Assembly: GCA_013265495.1 (NCBI GenBank)
Contig: MU058584.1
Location: forward strand, 6,104,407-6,168,406
Direction: 5' to 3'
DNA from: Vicugna vicugna
Taxonomy: Eukaryota
Length of the DNA stretch: 64,000 nt
Part shown: positions 63,101 through 64,000 of the stretch, piece after piece
Position numbering within the stretch: position 1 is the first letter of the stretch
Layout of the letters: every line of letters begins with the position of its first letter
Notes under the pieces: generated by a model
Database searches by the model: none
What the model was told of the DNA's origin: nothing
Seen by the model: the letters and a program-made list of their open reading frames with translations, nothing else
Translations under genes and position numbers: made by a program

Positions 63101-64000
63101 AGGGCTCATATACTTATGAAAACATTGCTGAGTAGAAAGCCAAGGGCAAGTTGAGTAAGAGCCAGGGTACCAGGTAAAGAAGTATGATAAAGGGAAGGGA
63201 CAGGAGCAGAACATGGTTTTCAAGTGAAAGTCTCTGCAGAATTCTTGTATATAAAAATTAAAACCTGTTCCTCTGGCCAATGTGAGGGTAGGAAGGCCAG
63301 AGCCCACCTGCTTCCCTGCCTCATCTTGCGCGCCTCTCTACACAGACCTAGTAGGACTGACAAGGCATATTCTCCTTACATTGCAGCTCACATATGTACT
63401 TCTTCCCTCAACTTGCCTTCCTACTAAAATGGAAAATAAGGGTTGATCCACTGAAGGAAAAGCTGAAATATTAGGATATCAACCTGAGACTTCATGTTTT
63501 TTAATCCTTTAAGGAAGATGAAGAAACAAAAGTCTAATTTGATTTTCTTTTATTAGTAATTTGTCTAATATATTTTGGTTAGGGGAAAATGGGCAAAGGT
63601 TAATTTGCCTAGATAGGGCTCTATGCAATTTTACCTATCCAAAATCATACTGAAAAATTAAATTTTGGAGATTATATTAAACCAAGCATTATTATATTTT
63701 AAAGGAGAATTTAAAATGAAGTTGAATGTTTTATAATTTCTTCAATTAACATAAATAAGGGAAATGAGAAAAGTATACACACACACCCCAAACAGATGTT
63801 TTAGGCAGGGATATACTCCCCTTATTAGAGATGTGAATGTATTTTTTTTTTTAATCTAAATGCTTGGGGAATAAAACCCCTAATTACAACTAAGTAGCCA
63901 GTTGAATTCTCTCCTCCTCAGTAAGACAGCAAGGAGCTCTTTAAGGGCCACTCCAGCCTTTCTGTCTGTTAAATTGAATGACTTAACCTGAAAATTATGG

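Noticed and set aside
21700..64000. A second protein-coding gene, processed pseudogene or prokaryote-style system (CRISPR, operon) upstream of KIFAP3
   Set aside because: No ORF-track peptide resembles a cellular protein I recognise, no repeat-spacer array is present, and the region is dominated by mammalian interspersed repeats. Short or highly diverged exons could still have been missed.

Overview
Mammalian genomic DNA, most likely camelid, judged from two Vic-1-like tRNA-derived SINEs at about 62.9-63.1 kb and camelid/artiodactyl-type L1 3' ends. The minus strand carries the 5' end of KIFAP3 (kinesin-associated protein 3, KAP3). Coding exons 1-5 lie at 21225-21194, 10552-10421, 5975-5821, 3262-3207 and 2673-2532. 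All have GT-AG boundaries and splice in frame to MQGEDARYLKRKVKGG...LEELLLN; the gene continues beyond position 1. A CpG-island promoter with RFX X-box-like and NRF1-like motifs lies at about 20.85-21.66 kb. The remaining ~42 kb upstream is repeat-rich intergenic DNA (L1, HAL1, L2, MIR, MaLR/ERV solo LTRs, Tigger/MER DNA transposons, microsatellites) with one 61-N gap. I see no second protein-coding gene and no convincing new multi-gene system. The best sequence-supported observations are three: (i) a polyadenylated, TSD-flanked retrocopy of just the R region of an ERV1 LTR family, with a solo LTR of that family also in the window; (ii) a TSD-flanked L1 insertion carrying ~290 bp of non-L1 3' sequence; (iii) a candidate upstream alternative first exon/CRE promoter for KIFAP3 at ~29 kb. 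Repeat family names come from memory of consensus sequences, not from a search. Repeat boundaries without TSDs are approximate.
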